Shown: positions 1 to 12,200, counted from the stretch's first letter. The stretch: DNA of 64,000 bases from Negaprion brevirostris (GCA_030324005.1 JARDVH010000121.1:27012549-27076548), one strand, 5' to 3'. The notes: generated by a model not told the origin, from the letters alone. Program-made: numbers and translations.

Positions 1-250
1 CCTGAGAGTCAACATTTTTCATACAGTGGGTGGTGCATGTATGGAATGAGCTGCGAGAGGAGGTGGAAGAGGTGAGTACAATAACAACATTTAAAAGACA
101 TTTGGACAAGTACGTGGCTAGGAAAGGTTTAGAGAGATATGGGCCAATTGCAAGCAAATGGGATGCTTTCAGTTTCGGAAACCTAGTTGGCATGGACGAG
201 TTAGGTTGTAGGGCCTGTTTCTGTGTGTATACCTCTATGACTCTATGACA
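1..250 (+). mobile_element. CR1-clade LINE 3' end fragment
   Basis: ORF 30..248 (VWNEL..EV.E..TITTFKRHLD.Y) is the typical C-terminus of CR1 ORF2, followed by a short ctctatga repeat tail. Confidence 0.75.
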
Positions 251-254
251 GTCC

Positions 255-2635
255 TCTGTTTTGCATGGTCTTTAGCGTGTGGGAATACTTAGAACTCCAT
301 GCAGTCTGGATTTGCAGGAAGTTTCGCCTGTTTGACAGCCAGGTTTCAGAGCTTGAGCATTGGTTGGAGGCACAGCTGTGCATCTGCAAGGCTGAGAGGC
401 ATGTGAACAGCATTCTATAGACATGGTCATCTTGCAGCTTTAGGATATGCAATGAGAGAAGGAATGGATCATCAACAGTCAGAAGAAGAGGGGGCAAGCA
501 GGCAGTAAGAAAAGCCCCAGATTGCATCTGACTCAAGAACTGTTTTTCTGTGTGGGAAAATGGTGGGAGTGATGTTTCCTCTGGGGAGAGTAGCCAGAGC
601 CAATTTCACAGCACTCTGGATGACTCAGCTGTACAAGGGGGCAGGAGTAAGAATGGAAAAGCAATTGTGGTAGGAGAACTGATAGTGAATGGTGCAGACA
701 GGCATTTCTGCAGGCATGACTCCAGGATGGCACGCTGTCTCCCTGGTGCCAGGGTCAGAAATGTCACTAAATGGCTGCAGAAGGGGGACGGTAAACAAGC
801 AGAGGTCGTGGTTCACATTCGTACCAACGATATAGGTACAAAGAGGATGAGGTCCAGCAGCAAGAATTTAGGGAGCTAGGTAGCAGACCGTAAAGCAGAT
901 TATAAAGCAGGACCTCAAAGGTTGCAATGTCTCGATTACTTCTGGTGCCATGCTAAATTACCCCAAAGATGTGTCCAAAGATGTGTAGGTTAAGTGGATT
1001 AGACATGATAAATGCATGTAGTTATGGGGATGGAGGTGTGGGCCTGGATAACATGCTCTTACCCATGGGCATATGATATTATTGTTATCAAGAGACATGG
1101 CTAAGGGAGGCGCAGAACTGGCATTTCATTCATGTAGGGTAGAGAATCTCCAGGTGAGAAGGAAAGGTGTAAAAGTGGAGGTTATGTCGCAAGGAGTCAA
1201 TTACTGCAGTGAGGAAAGATAATATCTCATCAGGCTCCTCAATTGAGGCCATATAGGTACAGCTTAAAAACAAAAAGGGGGCAATCATGTGCTGGAAGTG
1301 TACTATAAGAGGAGAGATAGATGAGCAGATATGTAGGTAAATCTCACAAAAGTGCATAAATAGGGTAAAAATAATAGGGGATTTCAACTTCCCCAATCTT
1401 AACTGGGATTAGCAAGTATGAGTGGCTTAGAGGGAGCTGAATTCTTAAAGTGCATCCAGGACAGCCTTTTGAGCCAGCATGTAGGAAGTCCAACAGAGAG
1501 AAGTTGGTACTTGACCTAGTTTTAGGGAATTAAGCTGGGCAAATGGTAGAAGGAGCAGCATTTTGTTGGTAGTGACCATAACTTGNNNNNNNNNNNNNNN
1601 NNNNNNNNNNNNNNNNNNNNNNNNNNNNNNNAATCACAATTCTGAATTGGGGAAGGCTGATTTTAATAGGATAAGACAGGATCTGACTAAACCGGATTGA
1701 GAGCAGCTACTTGTGGGAAAATCCTCATCAGAGCAGTCATTCAAAAAGGAAAAAGAGAGAGTAGAAAGCAAACATGTTCCCGTGAAGGTAAAACGGGTGG
1801 GACCAACAAGTCCTGAGAACCCTGCATGTCAAAGGGTATACAGGATTGGATAAGGGAAAAAAAGGAGGCTTAAGGCAGATACAGGGGGCTCAAAATAGTG
1901 GGTGCCCTGGAGGAGGATAGAACATGCAGCGGAGTACTTAAAAAATAAACTAAGAGACCGAACAGAAGGCATGAAAAAAGACTGACAGACAAAATAAAAG
2001 GAAAACCCTAAGGTGTTTTATAGATATAAGGGCAAGTGGGTAACCAGGGAAAGAGTAGGGTCCATAAAGATGCAATGTGTGTGTAAAGCCAAAAGATGTA
2101 GGTGACTTATTAAATGAGTATTTTGCATCTGTGTTCACAATGGCAAATGGAATTTAACCCTGAAAAGTGTGAGATGATGCCTTATTTTGGGAAAAGGCAA
2201 GGGAATACACAATGAATGGCAGGACACTAGGAAGTACGGAAGACCAGTGGGACCTTAGGATGCATTCCCAAAGATCCTTAAAGGCAACAGGACAGGTAGA
2301 TAAGGTGGGTAAGAAAGCATGAGTATACTTGTCTTTATTCGCTGAGGCATAGAATATAAGAGCAGGGGGGTTTTAATGGAGATGTAGAAAACACTTGTTA
2401 AGCCACAGCTGGAGTACTGTGTACAGCTCTGGTCACCACACTATAGGAAGGATGTACAAAATGTGACTGTACAAGAAAGGGCACAGAGTAGATTCACCAG
2501 AATGTTACCTGGGCTGGAGCATTTCAGCTATGAAGAGAGACTAGACTGTTTTCCTTTTGGTTGAGGTGGGGTCTGATTGAGCTGTACAAAGTTATGGAGG
2601 GACGTAGATAGTGTAGATAGGAAGAAACATTTCAA
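255..2635 (+). mobile_element. Degenerate CR1 LINE (ORF1 esterase, endonuclease and RT remnants)
   Basis: ORF 550..879 has CR1 ORF1 SGNH-esterase motifs (KAIVVG..IV, CLPGARV, VVVHI.TND). There is a GDFNFP-like endonuclease motif at about 1378-1395 and an RPQLEYCVQ.WSPH-like RT C-terminus at about 2400-2440. Many frameshifts are present. Confidence 0.8.
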
Positions 2636-3204
2636 AGAACAAAGAAAACTACAGCATAGGAACAGGCCCTTCAGCCCTCCAAGCCTGCACTGACCACACT
2701 GCCTGACTTAATTAAAACCCCCTACCCTTCTGGGGACTATACCCCTCTATTCCCATCTTATTCATGTGTTTGTCAAGATGCCCTTAAAAGTCAATACAGT
2801 ATCTGCTTCCACTACAGCCCCTGCCAACGAATTCCAGGCATCCAAAGCTCTCTGTATAAAAAATATGCCTCGTACATCTCCTTTAAACCTTGCCCCTTGC
2901 ACCTCAAACTTATGCCCCCTAGTAAATGACTCTTCCACGCTGGGAAAAAGCTTCTGATCATCCACTCTGATCATGCCTCTCATAATCTTGTAGACTTCTA
3001 TCAGGTCTACCGTCAACCTTCATCACTCCAGTGAGAACAAACCAAGTTTCTCCAACCTTTTCTCATAGCTAATGCCCTCCAGACGAGGCAACATCCTGGT
3101 AAATCTTTTCTGCATCCTCTTCTGGTAGTGTGGTGACCAGAATTGAACACTATATTCTAAGTGCGGCCTTACTAAGGTTCTAAGTGCAGCCTAACTAAGG
3201 TTCT
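2636..3204 (-). mobile_element. CR1 LINE 3' fragment inserted in opposite orientation into another CR1
   Basis: Minus ORF 2762..3016 reads DLIEVYKIMRG..RVD...LFP..TRGH. The interrupted plus-strand CR1 resumes at about 3205-3495. Confidence 0.8.
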
Positions 3205-4080
3205 AAACTTCCCTCAGGAAAGGGGTCAAAAACAGGGGACGTAGATTTATGGCAAGGGGATTTGAAGAAAAAGTTTTCACCCAGTGGGTGGTGGGAATCT
3301 GGAACTCACTGCCTGTAAGGCCAGTGGAAGTGGGAACCCTCACTACATTTAAGAAGCATTTAGGTGAGCGCTTGAAACACCACAATATACAAGGCTATGG
3401 ACAAAGTGCTAGGAAATGGGATTAGAATGGATAGGTGTTTGATGGCCTATGCAAAAAAGATGGATCAAAGAGCCTCTGTGCTGTAAAGCTATATCCTACT
3501 GGAAGTCTACAGTCCTAAATGTTGGGTTTTGGTGGCCATTCCAGTTTATATTGCCTGAATACTGGCAAGACTAAAGTAAATGTAATCATGTAAAGTGAAC
3601 TGTTATAGTTGTTTACCTTGTGAGGCTCTTAATGGCGAACAGGTTTCCGCAAAAAATGGAACAAGAATTAACTAGACATACAATTCCAACAACAGAAAGT
3701 TGAACTATTAACCAACATCATGAGTTCATATTCCAGCCACAACTGATATTTGTATTAGTCTTTGCTCATTAGATAAACATGATCAGTCTTTGACCAATTC
3801 AATACCCACAAAGGCATCTGAGATCTTTAGGTACAAGTCTGTCTGACAAGTGCAACTCCAGAGGTACAGAGGGTGACTTGGAAGATGTGTATGATCCTAA
3901 CAGCTTCACATCCCACCATATGCACCTTCCCCCTCCTGGCCCCTCAACTTCCCTTCCCCCCAACACTGCAAACTAGTTTGTAAGAATGAAAATGAAAGAA
4001 AGGTGATTGAAGAAAGCAGTGAGGACATCGTCAAATTAGCAGCCGCTTTAACAGTGTGGGAAGGAGAAACTTATACTGAC

Positions 4081-4226
4081 CTGCTGATGGTCCCCAATCA
4101 AAATAAGGTGTTGGCAAGCACTGCTGAGTGTCGTTATTAAATGAGCTTCCAGAACCTCAGCTGCTTCTTCAACCACCACAATGCGGGGTTGCAGCTCCTG
4201 GAGAACCTTCCGGTATTTAGCTGCAC
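4081..4226 (-). CDS. ZNFX1: ZNFX1 coding exon 10 (helicase motif II VEEAAE and motif [10 protein letters not shown])
   Basis: Encodes [51 protein letters not shown] acceptor at 4228-4227 and GT donor at 4080-4079, in phase with the previous exon. The gene continues left of the window. Confidence 0.95.
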
Positions 4227-4284
4227 CTGTTCCAATGGATAATTCAAGTTTCAGTTGCAGGGCCAGGTGACTCATGATTTTTGG

Positions 4285-4460
4285 ACTAAAGCAAAATACT
4301 GCAGATGCACAAAGGCTAACAAGAAAACAGAAAATGCTGGAAGCACTCAGCATGTCTAAGACAGCATCCACAGAGAGAGAAATAAAAAGTTTAACATTTC
4401 AGGCCTGTGACCTTTCATCAGGATTCCGGCTCTGATGATAGATCATCGAACTGAAACTTT
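4285..4460. mobile_element. Short partly palindromic Penelope-type repeat with hammerhead-like cores
   Basis: Starts AAAATACTGCAGATGC... Related copies at about 10030, 34705, 41025, 44630 and 60615. CTGATGA...GAAA cores occur on both strands. Confidence 0.55.
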
Positions 4461-5692
4461 AGATAAGATGTTTCGTAGCAGAATGGTCAATCCTCCTAAC
4501 CTGCACATCTACTGAATTTTAGACATATTTGAACAGCATATTATGTTTTTATTTCATATCTTTTATGCTTTCCGGCTCATTTTTCTTTGCAATGACTGGG
4601 AAAAATCTACTTAAGCTTTACAATAGACAGGAATTTCACAATCGTTTTGGGGACCTTAAGCTGCAATGTCCACCCCAATGTAAAAGTAGATACACTATTG
4701 ATCTGCTGTGCAACGTGTGGATATAGGCTGTCAACAAGGTGCAATAATTATCTTGTTTTTGAAATCCATATAGATATAGTCAAGCAATGGTAAATTCAAT
4801 TGGCATGTGCCAAATATGCAGCTATGCAAACCAAAATAGGAAGGTAAAAGGTTTGAGGCTGTTTACCAGCAACATTGTGTGGAATGTATCTGACTCATCA
4901 GGCTGGATTTTATTCTTTCGGCTAGAGTTCCACCCAACTTGACCTCAACCCTGACTCATTTCTCTCAGTTGGGAGGTTATTTGATTGTCACAGTAGGCTC
5001 CTGACAGAACTGTTGCCGCCAAAAGGAAGCCTTCCAACGTCTGGTCACAAAATCCAGAAGAGATAAACGGAAATCAGAAGTGTGTTGGAGATCAGGGAAA
5101 TGGCACCCGTCTAGGCCTCAGAAGAGATTTGAGTGTACAAAAGGTAAATGAGGGTTATGTGAAAGGGAGAGAAGGTCACTTGCAAGGCCCTCTCCATCCA
5201 CTGGGGGAACCTGATGATCATTATTCACACAACCACCACTTTCTACATGGTGGGCCCAGGAAACAACAGTAACTGAGATGGACATGAAGAAAATCTGATA
5301 GGATTGCAGATGTGGAAGATGCAGCCAGTAGTGATGCCGATATGGGGAGCACAGTGAAATCGAAGTTGGAAAATGAGAGAGTAGGCTTCACTGCTGGACT
5401 GTGTCTCATTCTCTACCAGTTCAGATGGAATCTTGAAAGAGAACATGACCCTTGGCCTCCTTGCTAAGTGCACCAGGCAAGTCTTCTGCAAACTATTCAC
5501 CGAAACCATAAAGCTCCTTATAAAGAAGGAGTTTACATTTCTGTTACATGCAAGTCATTAAGGAAATGACCTTCTTGCATCCTCACCCAGCTCCACATGC
5601 AGGCTGTTAAAGCAAATGCCTGACCATTTTGACGTTAACGTTATATAATCTGCATTGAATAAGTACAGGTAGTAGATTTAAACACATCAAAC

Positions 5693-5847
5693 CTGTGGTT
5701 GTCATGCCAACAACTTTGGCTTCCTTCAGAACCCAGAGGTCTTCTTGCAGCCTCAACTCTGCCAGTCTGTCAGCTGCTGCTTGGTAGAGCTGTTCATGTT
5801 GAATTATCCGCCGCCGGACATCTGTTTGATACATGGACAACCACAAC
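5693..5847 (-). CDS. ZNFX1: ZNFX1 coding exon 9
   Basis: Encodes RLWLSMYQTDVRRRIIQHEQLYQAAADRLAELRLQEDLWVLKEAKVVGMTTTG. Canonical AG/GT, 155 nt, in phase. Confidence 0.95.
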
Positions 5848-5904
5848 CTAGAATTTTCAAAAGAATTATTATTGCTATAATTCACCCTTAATTCGCAAAA
5901 GGTT

Positions 5905-6530
5905 CACATGTAGGTACAGCAAGTAACTAGGAAAGCTAATAGAATGTTAACCTTTATTGTGAGGAGAATTGATTACAAAAGTAAGGAGGTCCTGCTTCAG
6001 TTATACAGGGCACTGGTAAGATCACATCTGGAGCACTGTGTACATTACTCATCTCCTTGTTTAAGAAAATATGTAAATACATTACAAGCAGTTCAGAGAA
6101 GGTTTACTAGGCTAACTGAATTGGAGAGTTTTCTTATGAGGAAAGATTGGAGAGGTTAGTATCATATTCATTGGAGTTTAGAAAAGTAAGAGGCAAATTG
6201 ATCAAAAACAATTGAGGGTCTTGACAGGGTGGATGTCGAGAGGATGTCTCTTCTTGTGGAAGAATCTAGAAGCAGGGGTCACTTATTAAGGACAGAGATG
6301 AGAAATGTTTTCTCTCAGAAAGGTGTCTCTTGAACTCTCTTCCTCTAAAGGTAGTGAAAGCAGAGTCTTTGAATATTTTTATATTCTTAATTAATAAGAA
6401 GGTGAAAGGTTTCTGGGGGGAGGCAGGAATGTGGAGTTAAAGTTACAGCTAGATCAGCCATGATCTTATTGAATGGCAGAACAGGCTTAAGGAGCCAAAT
6501 GGCCTCCCCCCGCTGCTAATTCATATGTTT
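5905..6530 (+). mobile_element. CR1 LINE 3' fragment
   Basis: ORF 5944..6159 reads YKSKEVLLQLYRALVRSHLEHCVH...VQRRFTRL (CR1 RT C-terminus). Confidence 0.85.
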
Positions 6531-6719
6531 GCACTATTGGAATAATCATAGGTTCAAAAATATTGAAATCATTATGGGGAAATTTTTCAAAGCAAACCAA
6601 AATTGCCAGTATTTCCTCTTCTGGGAGGAAATGTCAACATTTGCTGGAGGTTCTCTCAAACAAATACACACTCCACCTTACATCACAATCCCATAATACA
6701 ATGCTGGAATAAGGAGTAG

Positions 6720-7058
6720 GACGGCATGGTAGCACAGTGGTTAGTACTGCTGCCTCACTGCGCCAGGGACCTGAGCTCAATTCCAGCCTTGGATGACTGT
6801 CTATGTGGAGTTTGCTTGATCTCCCCGTGTCTACATGGGTTTCCTCTGAGTGCTCTGGTTTCCTCCTATAGTCCAAAGGCATGCAGGTTAGGTGGATTGC
6901 TCACGATAAATTGCTCCTTAGAGTATCAAGATGTATACGTTAGTTGGGTAAATATGTGGGGTTACAGGAATAGGGCCTGGGTTTGATTGTTGTCAGAAAG
7001 TCTGTGCAGGCTTGGTAGCTGAATGGCCTCCTTCTGCACTATATGGATTCTATGATTC
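6720..7058 (+). mobile_element. HE1-like V-SINE (tRNA-derived)
   Basis: tRNA-like head GGTAGCACAGTGGTTAG with A/B boxes, V-domain GGGTTTCCTC.G.GTGCTCTGGTTTCCTCC, and a CR1-like tail ending in GATTCTAT repeats. Confidence 0.85.
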
Positions 7059-7829
7059 TAAGTGGATGACACGGTGGAAATTCAAGTATAATTCTAATTA
7101 CTGGCCACTGGAGCTAAAGTTTGTCTGGATAATTTACAGAAATCTGCTCTTATCCTATCTGAGGTTGCTTCTCTGCCCAAACCTACATTTTTGGCTGCTC
7201 CTGTGCCTGGGACTTCTGCGTCTGCCAAACTAGACCAAGAAAAGGTTCACCTCCATCTCCTTTGTCAAGATCTTAATTCCCTGGGAAGGGAGTTCCCTGG
7301 ATCCCTATGTTTCAATGTGCTGTTGGCAAGTTCTAAAATCAGGTTCCCATCAATTACACATGAAAGCATGTTGCATCTCATCATGTACAAAAACTTTTGA
7401 ACTTAAAAGGAATAAAAAGTGCCTTTCAAGAACCACTTAATTAAAACATTAATTTCTATCAAATTAACTTATGGCACCAAACTAATAACACTGTTTTCAC
7501 TAATGAGCACAGGTCAAGAACATCATGCAAAGTTTCAATGTTGTTTTTCCATCAATATCACAAATTTCAAATTTTGAATCTTAACCACTCATTACAGAAA
7601 TTGCGAGCTTCAGTTCTCTGGTAGCAAAATCAAACAAAAATAAATTTCAAGTATTAAACAAAAAAGAAACCATATAGAGTCCCAATGGGGTGTTGTGGAG
7701 GTACTTGTCTGGATTCCAATTCAATTCTCTTCCTGCACCAAGTGGTGCACTAAGGCAGTTTTTTGTCTATTTCCATATCTAGTAATTCCTGGAACAGGTT
7801 GTTAAGCTGACACCAGAAGCTTGATGGAC

Positions 7830-8035
7830 CCTTCTCCACATCAAGCATTACTGACCAGGATTCTCTCTCAGCCTCACCATCAGCCATTGGCATATTTGGA
7901 AAGATTTGCAGGTTGACGCTCAACCCATTTGATCACATTACAAACACACCTTCCTTGGCCATCAAATCCTGGGTGGGACTCGAACCCAGAACTCAAAGGC
8001 AGGGACATTACTAACTGCAGCACAAGTCCTCCTCC
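7830..8035 (-). mobile_element. tRNA-derived SINE fragment
   Basis: Minus-strand Pol III B-box GGGTTCGAGTCCC at about 7975-7987 with an upstream A-box-like segment. Confidence 0.45.
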
Positions 8036-8168
8036 TACCTTTCTGGATGGCTCAGAGAAATGGCAGAAACATCACAGAAAAATCATGATCTCGAGTTCAG
8101 CGTCATTAAGGAGGGTAACTGAAACAGGAAATACAGAGGGAAATCAAAGAGGAGTGTGTGACTCTGAC

Positions 8169-8308
8169 CTGTACAGGCGCCATCTGTCTTTGAGGGAAAG
8201 CATCCAAATATTGAAAATCCCCCTCTCCTCTGCTGCAGTCATCGCGCCACTCTTCCGCAATTCTGCCTGTGCCTTCTGTTTCATTTTCTTTCTTTCGTTG
8301 CGTTGCAC
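8169..8308 (-). CDS. ZNFX1: ZNFX1 coding exon 8
   Basis: Encodes VQRNERKKMKQKAQAELRKSGAMTAAEERGIFNIWMLSLKDRWRLYR. AG/GT boundaries, 140 nt, in phase. Confidence 0.93.
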
Positions 8309-9097
8309 CTGTTTAAAAACAGGAATATTGTGCCAAACATAGGGCCAAATGACCATACAAAAGAGATATTTTAAAATATAAGTGACATCTGGCAAAGCAG
8401 CGGAGATACTTCATCAATTTTTAAAATAACTACAAATGTGATCCAATGCTTCTACAGTGGCCTGTTTTCAAAGTGTGTGCTGGTGACACTGAATCAAATC
8501 CAACCCTGCATATAAAATCACAGACAGACTGCCCACCAATTTCCATCCACAGCACGCCCATTTCCAACTTGCACTGATGACAGGCAAGGTTATCTACTGC
8601 CATGGTGTACTCAGGTGAGTTTGTACTAATGTGTCAACAGCAATCATTGACAATATCAGGACTCAAGAATTTCTTGGGTTGAATAACATGACTTGCGTGG
8701 TCCCCATTCTTGGGGAAGAGCCTGCCCAGGAGTAGAACAGATGCCACAATCATTGTGCAGCATAGCAGTTAATAGGCTGGAAGTGGGTTTTTCATCCCCC
8801 TGGGGAAAAGAAGTCTCATCTTAGAGAGCTACCACCCAAACAAGAGGCCAACAGCTCTTGATATACTAGTAGCGCCAGAGGGAGCAGTGGCCACTGCTGG
8901 TCCTGCTGCCAGATGATGAGGTAAACTAAGATGGATTGGAACTCTGTAGGTATTTGGGGGCAGGTGAAGTGAGTGGAGGCAGCAGTTTGAGAGTCTATGG
9001 TGATGGGGGCAGTTTAAGGGAATTATATTTTGGGGGTCCTCCGAAGGACCCAGGGACCAGTTTAAAAGGGACTCTCCCCACTGCCAGCCATTGAACC

Positions 9098-9171
9098 TGA
9101 TGTGGGTATGCCGGCGTTGGACTGGGGTAAACACAGTAAAAAGTCTGACAACACCAGGTTTTAGTCCAACC
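9098..9171. mobile_element. Penelope-like terminal fragment (runs into N gap)
   Basis: TGATGTGG..ATGCCGGCGTTGGACTGGGG...ACAACACCAGGTT, the same terminus as the copies at about 33355 and 42191. Confidence 0.65.
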
Positions 9172-9416
9172 NNNNNNNNNNNNNNNNNNNNNNNNNNNNN
9201 NNNNNNNNNNNNNNNNNNNNNNNNNNNNNNNNNNNNNNNNNNNNNNNNNCTGTAATTAAGGGTGGCAGCAGGAAAGCCTCCTGTTGGATTCAACATGCTT
9301 CCACCTTCAAATGCACCAGCAAGGGAGTATTAAATCCTGTCCCATTTTTTGATAACTTTAGTTCGAAGAATCTAATTAATAATGACAGTGGTTCTTTAAA
9401 ATTTCAGAACCTTTAC

Positions 9417-9649
9417 CTGCCAGCCACCTTCCTCCTGTTGCTGTGCTCTCTGAGATCCTTGCTTGTTAAGGTTCATTGCTAACAATGTGTTTGCCAGTTC
9501 ATTGAGATCGGCATCTTGTTTCTTCTTAGTCCTCATTTTTGGCTCATCATCATCAATCATTCTCTCTCTCTGGATAAGTTCTGCTTCCTCGGAGATTTGA
9601 ATCAACTCATCCTCTACATCTTCATCCTCCACTTCCTCTTGCATTTCAC
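9417..9649 (-). CDS. ZNFX1: ZNFX1 coding exon 7 (acidic segment)
   Basis: Encodes GEMQEEVEDEDVEDELIQISEEAELIQRERMI...LANTLLAMNL...GGWQ. AG/GT boundaries, 233 nt, in phase. Confidence 0.93.
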
Positions 9650-9799
9650 CTTTAGAAAGAAAGAAGTAAAAAGATTTAAAATGAGGAACAGGAGAAGGCC
9701 GTATGACCTCTTGAGTCTGCTCCATTATTCAATAAGATTATATTGATCTTCTATCTCAACTGTACTTTCCTTCTTGATCCTTGTATCCTTTGAATAAAA

Positions 9800-10028
9800 G
9801 CAAAGTCCCCCTCAAAGCCACTCACCATCCTGACTTGGAAATATATCGCCGTTCCTTCTCAGTCACTGGGTCAAAATCCTGGAATTCCCTCCCTAACAGC
9901 ATTGACAGTCAACCCACAGCATGTCGACTGCAGCGTTTCAAGAAGACAACTCACCACCACCTTCTCAGGGGCAACTAGGGATGGACAATAAATGCTGGCC
10001 AGCCAGCGACGCCCATGTTCCATGAATA
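9800..10028 (+). mobile_element. LINE 3' end (CR1/L2-group family)
   Basis: KSWNSLPN...LQRFKK..HHHLL followed by GGGATGGACAATAAATGCTGGCC. Same family as 19080-19960 and 27735-28720. Confidence 0.7.
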
Positions 10029-10029
10029 A

Positions 10030-10240
10030 AACAAAAATACTGCAGATGCTGGAAATCTGAAATAAAAAGAGAAAATGCTGGAAATCCCAACAGAACTGGC
10101 CACATCCGTGGATAGAGAACAGTGCTAACATTTTGAGTTCATGTGACTTCTTCAGAGAAGAGTCTTCTTCTGAAGAGTCATATGGACTTGAAGCATTAAC
10201 TGTTTCTCTCTCCACTGATGCTACTAGACCTTATCTGCTT
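10030..10240. mobile_element. Short palindromic Penelope-type repeat with degenerate hammerhead cores
   Basis: Inverted arms around 10150-10170, and CTGAAGA-GTC-atat-GGAC-TTGAAGC at 10170-10194. Confidence 0.55.
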
Positions 10241-10789
10241 TTATCCCGCATTCCTTGATTCTCTCGGTGCTCAAAAAAATCTATCAATGTCTGCACTGAA
10301 TATATTCAATGATTGAGTATCCACAGCCCTCTATAGGTGAAAATTCCAAAGACTCTAAACAAAGGAAATTTTCCTCATCTCAGTTTGAAATGACCAATCC
10401 CTTATCCTGAAAGTATTGCCCTGATTTCCAATCTTTCCAGCCAGGGGAAAAGAGTCTCTCAACATCCACCCTGTGAAGCCATCTCAGAAAATTATATGAT
10501 TCAGTGAGAACATTTCTCATTTTTCTAAACTCCACAGACTAGAGGTCCAATCTCCTCATTCTCATTGCACAGGACCATCTATTTTGCAGCCCTCTAAGGA
10601 AAATACATCCATTCTTTGGTAAGGAGGCCAAAACTTTAAACAGTGCTCCAGGTGGGGCCTCTCTAATGCCCTATAATGCAGCAAAATGTCCTTACTTTAA
10701 ACTCCATCCACCTGGCAATTAAGTAATGTAACATTCACTTTCCTGATTCTTTAATGTGTCTGCTTATTAACATTCTGTGATTAAACGAC

Positions 10790-12200
10790 AAACAAAACCA
10801 ACTTGCATTTAGGTAACACCTTTAATGTAATAAAACATCCTGAGGCACTTCACAGATTTTATCAAACATAAGTTTGATGTTAAGTCAGAGCAAGGAGGTA
10901 AAGACATTAGAGGTGGTGCAGAAAAGATTTAAGAAAATGGTTCTGGGGATTGTGCACTTCAAATTCATGGGTAGATTTGAGACATTGAGGCTGTTATCCT
11001 TGGACAGAATAAGAAGTCTCACAAAACCAGATTAAAGTCCAACAGGTTTATTTGGTAGCACGATCTTTCAGAACGCTACCCCTTCATCAGGAACAGAAGC
11101 AGTGCTCTAAAAACTCATGCTACCAAATCAACCTGTTGAACTTTAACCTGGTGTTGTGAGACTTCTTACTGTGCCCATCCCAGTTAAACGCTAACATCTC
11201 CACATCATGGTTATCCTTGGAGAAAGGAAGGTAGAGAGGAGATTTGATAGAGCTATTCAAAATCATGAAGGGTTGAGACACAGTAGGTAAAGGCTGATCC
11301 CATTAGCAGTAGGGTCAAGCTCCATAAGACACTGATATAGGTGATTGTGAAATGAACCTACGACAGGCAGGATGAAGAAAATCTTTTTGTTTTAGATGGT
11401 GAGTCATTAGGATTTGGAGTGCAGTGCTTGAGCGCATGCTGGAAGCAGATACAGTTGTGACTTTCAAAAGGGAATTGGATGATTACCAGAAGAGAAAATC
11501 TTTCAGGGCTACAGGAGAAAGGTGAAGGAATTGGAGTAGGTTGAATTGCCATGCAGAAAGCCGGCATGGATATGGCAGGCTGAAAATCCTCCTTCTGCAT
11601 TGTAGCCATTGTGACTCAATAAAGGATTTTTGAGCAGGTGACCAAAAGTTAGTTTTAAGGAAAATTTAAGGAAGAAATAAAGAGAGGTAGGAAGGTTTTG
11701 GGAAGGAATTCTAGAGCTTAGGGCGCAATCAGTTGAAGGCACTGCCTCTAATGTTGGAGTGAATAAAAAGCAGGAATGTTCCTGAAGCCAGAATTGCAGA
11801 GAAAGCTTGGCAAAACGTAAGGTTGGAGGAGATCACAAAGACAAGGAGGGGAAAGGACACGGAGAAATTTGAGAACAATGGTAAGAATCTTTAAATCGAG
11901 GTCTTGCTTGACCAGGTGCCAGTGCAGCCCAGTGAGTTCAGGGATGATGGGTGAGTGATACTTGATACGAGTTAGGACATGGGCAGCAGAATTTTGAATG
12001 ACATCAGGTTTATTGACAATAAATGAGGAAGCTGGTCATGAATAAAGAATAGTCCAGTCTAGAGGTAACAAAGGCATAGTTAAAGGTTTCAGCAGTAAGG
12101 TCAGAGTCAGCAAATGTTATAAAAGGTAGAAACAGGCAATCTTGGCAATGGAGCAGATATATGATTGGACCCTGATCTCGGGGTCAAAGATAAGACCAAG
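10790..12200 (-). mobile_element. L2-like LINE fragment interrupted by a CR1 fragment and a Penelope fold-back
   Basis: Reverse complement of an L2-type 3' end (...AAATGCAAGT.GTT) at about 10790-10810. L2-like sequence resumes at about 11620. A CR1 3' piece occupies about 10905-11615. Confidence 0.55.
11005..11209. mobile_element. Penelope-like fold-back insertion with 12-bp TSD
   Basis: Inverted arms AAGAAGTCTCACAA..CCAG.TTAAAGTCCAACAGGTT / AACCTGTTGAACTTTAACCTGGTGTTGTGAGACTTCTT. Flanked by GTTATCCTTGGA at 10993-11004 and 11210-11221. Confidence 0.8.

Noticed and set aside
3157-3206. Short tandem duplications (also about 12975-13010, 17518-17565, 33483-33507, 41935-41980) as CRISPR-like or functional arrays
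   Set aside because: Two-copy local duplications, mostly at repeat junctions, with no spacers, in eukaryotic DNA.
5221-5509. Overlapping ORFs in a ZNFX1 intron as an extra exon or nested gene
   Set aside because: The flanking ZNFX1 exons already join in phase with no missing protein segment, and no motif is recognisable.
6720-6790. tRNA genes at SINE heads (also 12668, 21200, 23972)
   Set aside because: A/B boxes are present but there is no cloverleaf, and they continue into V-SINE bodies.
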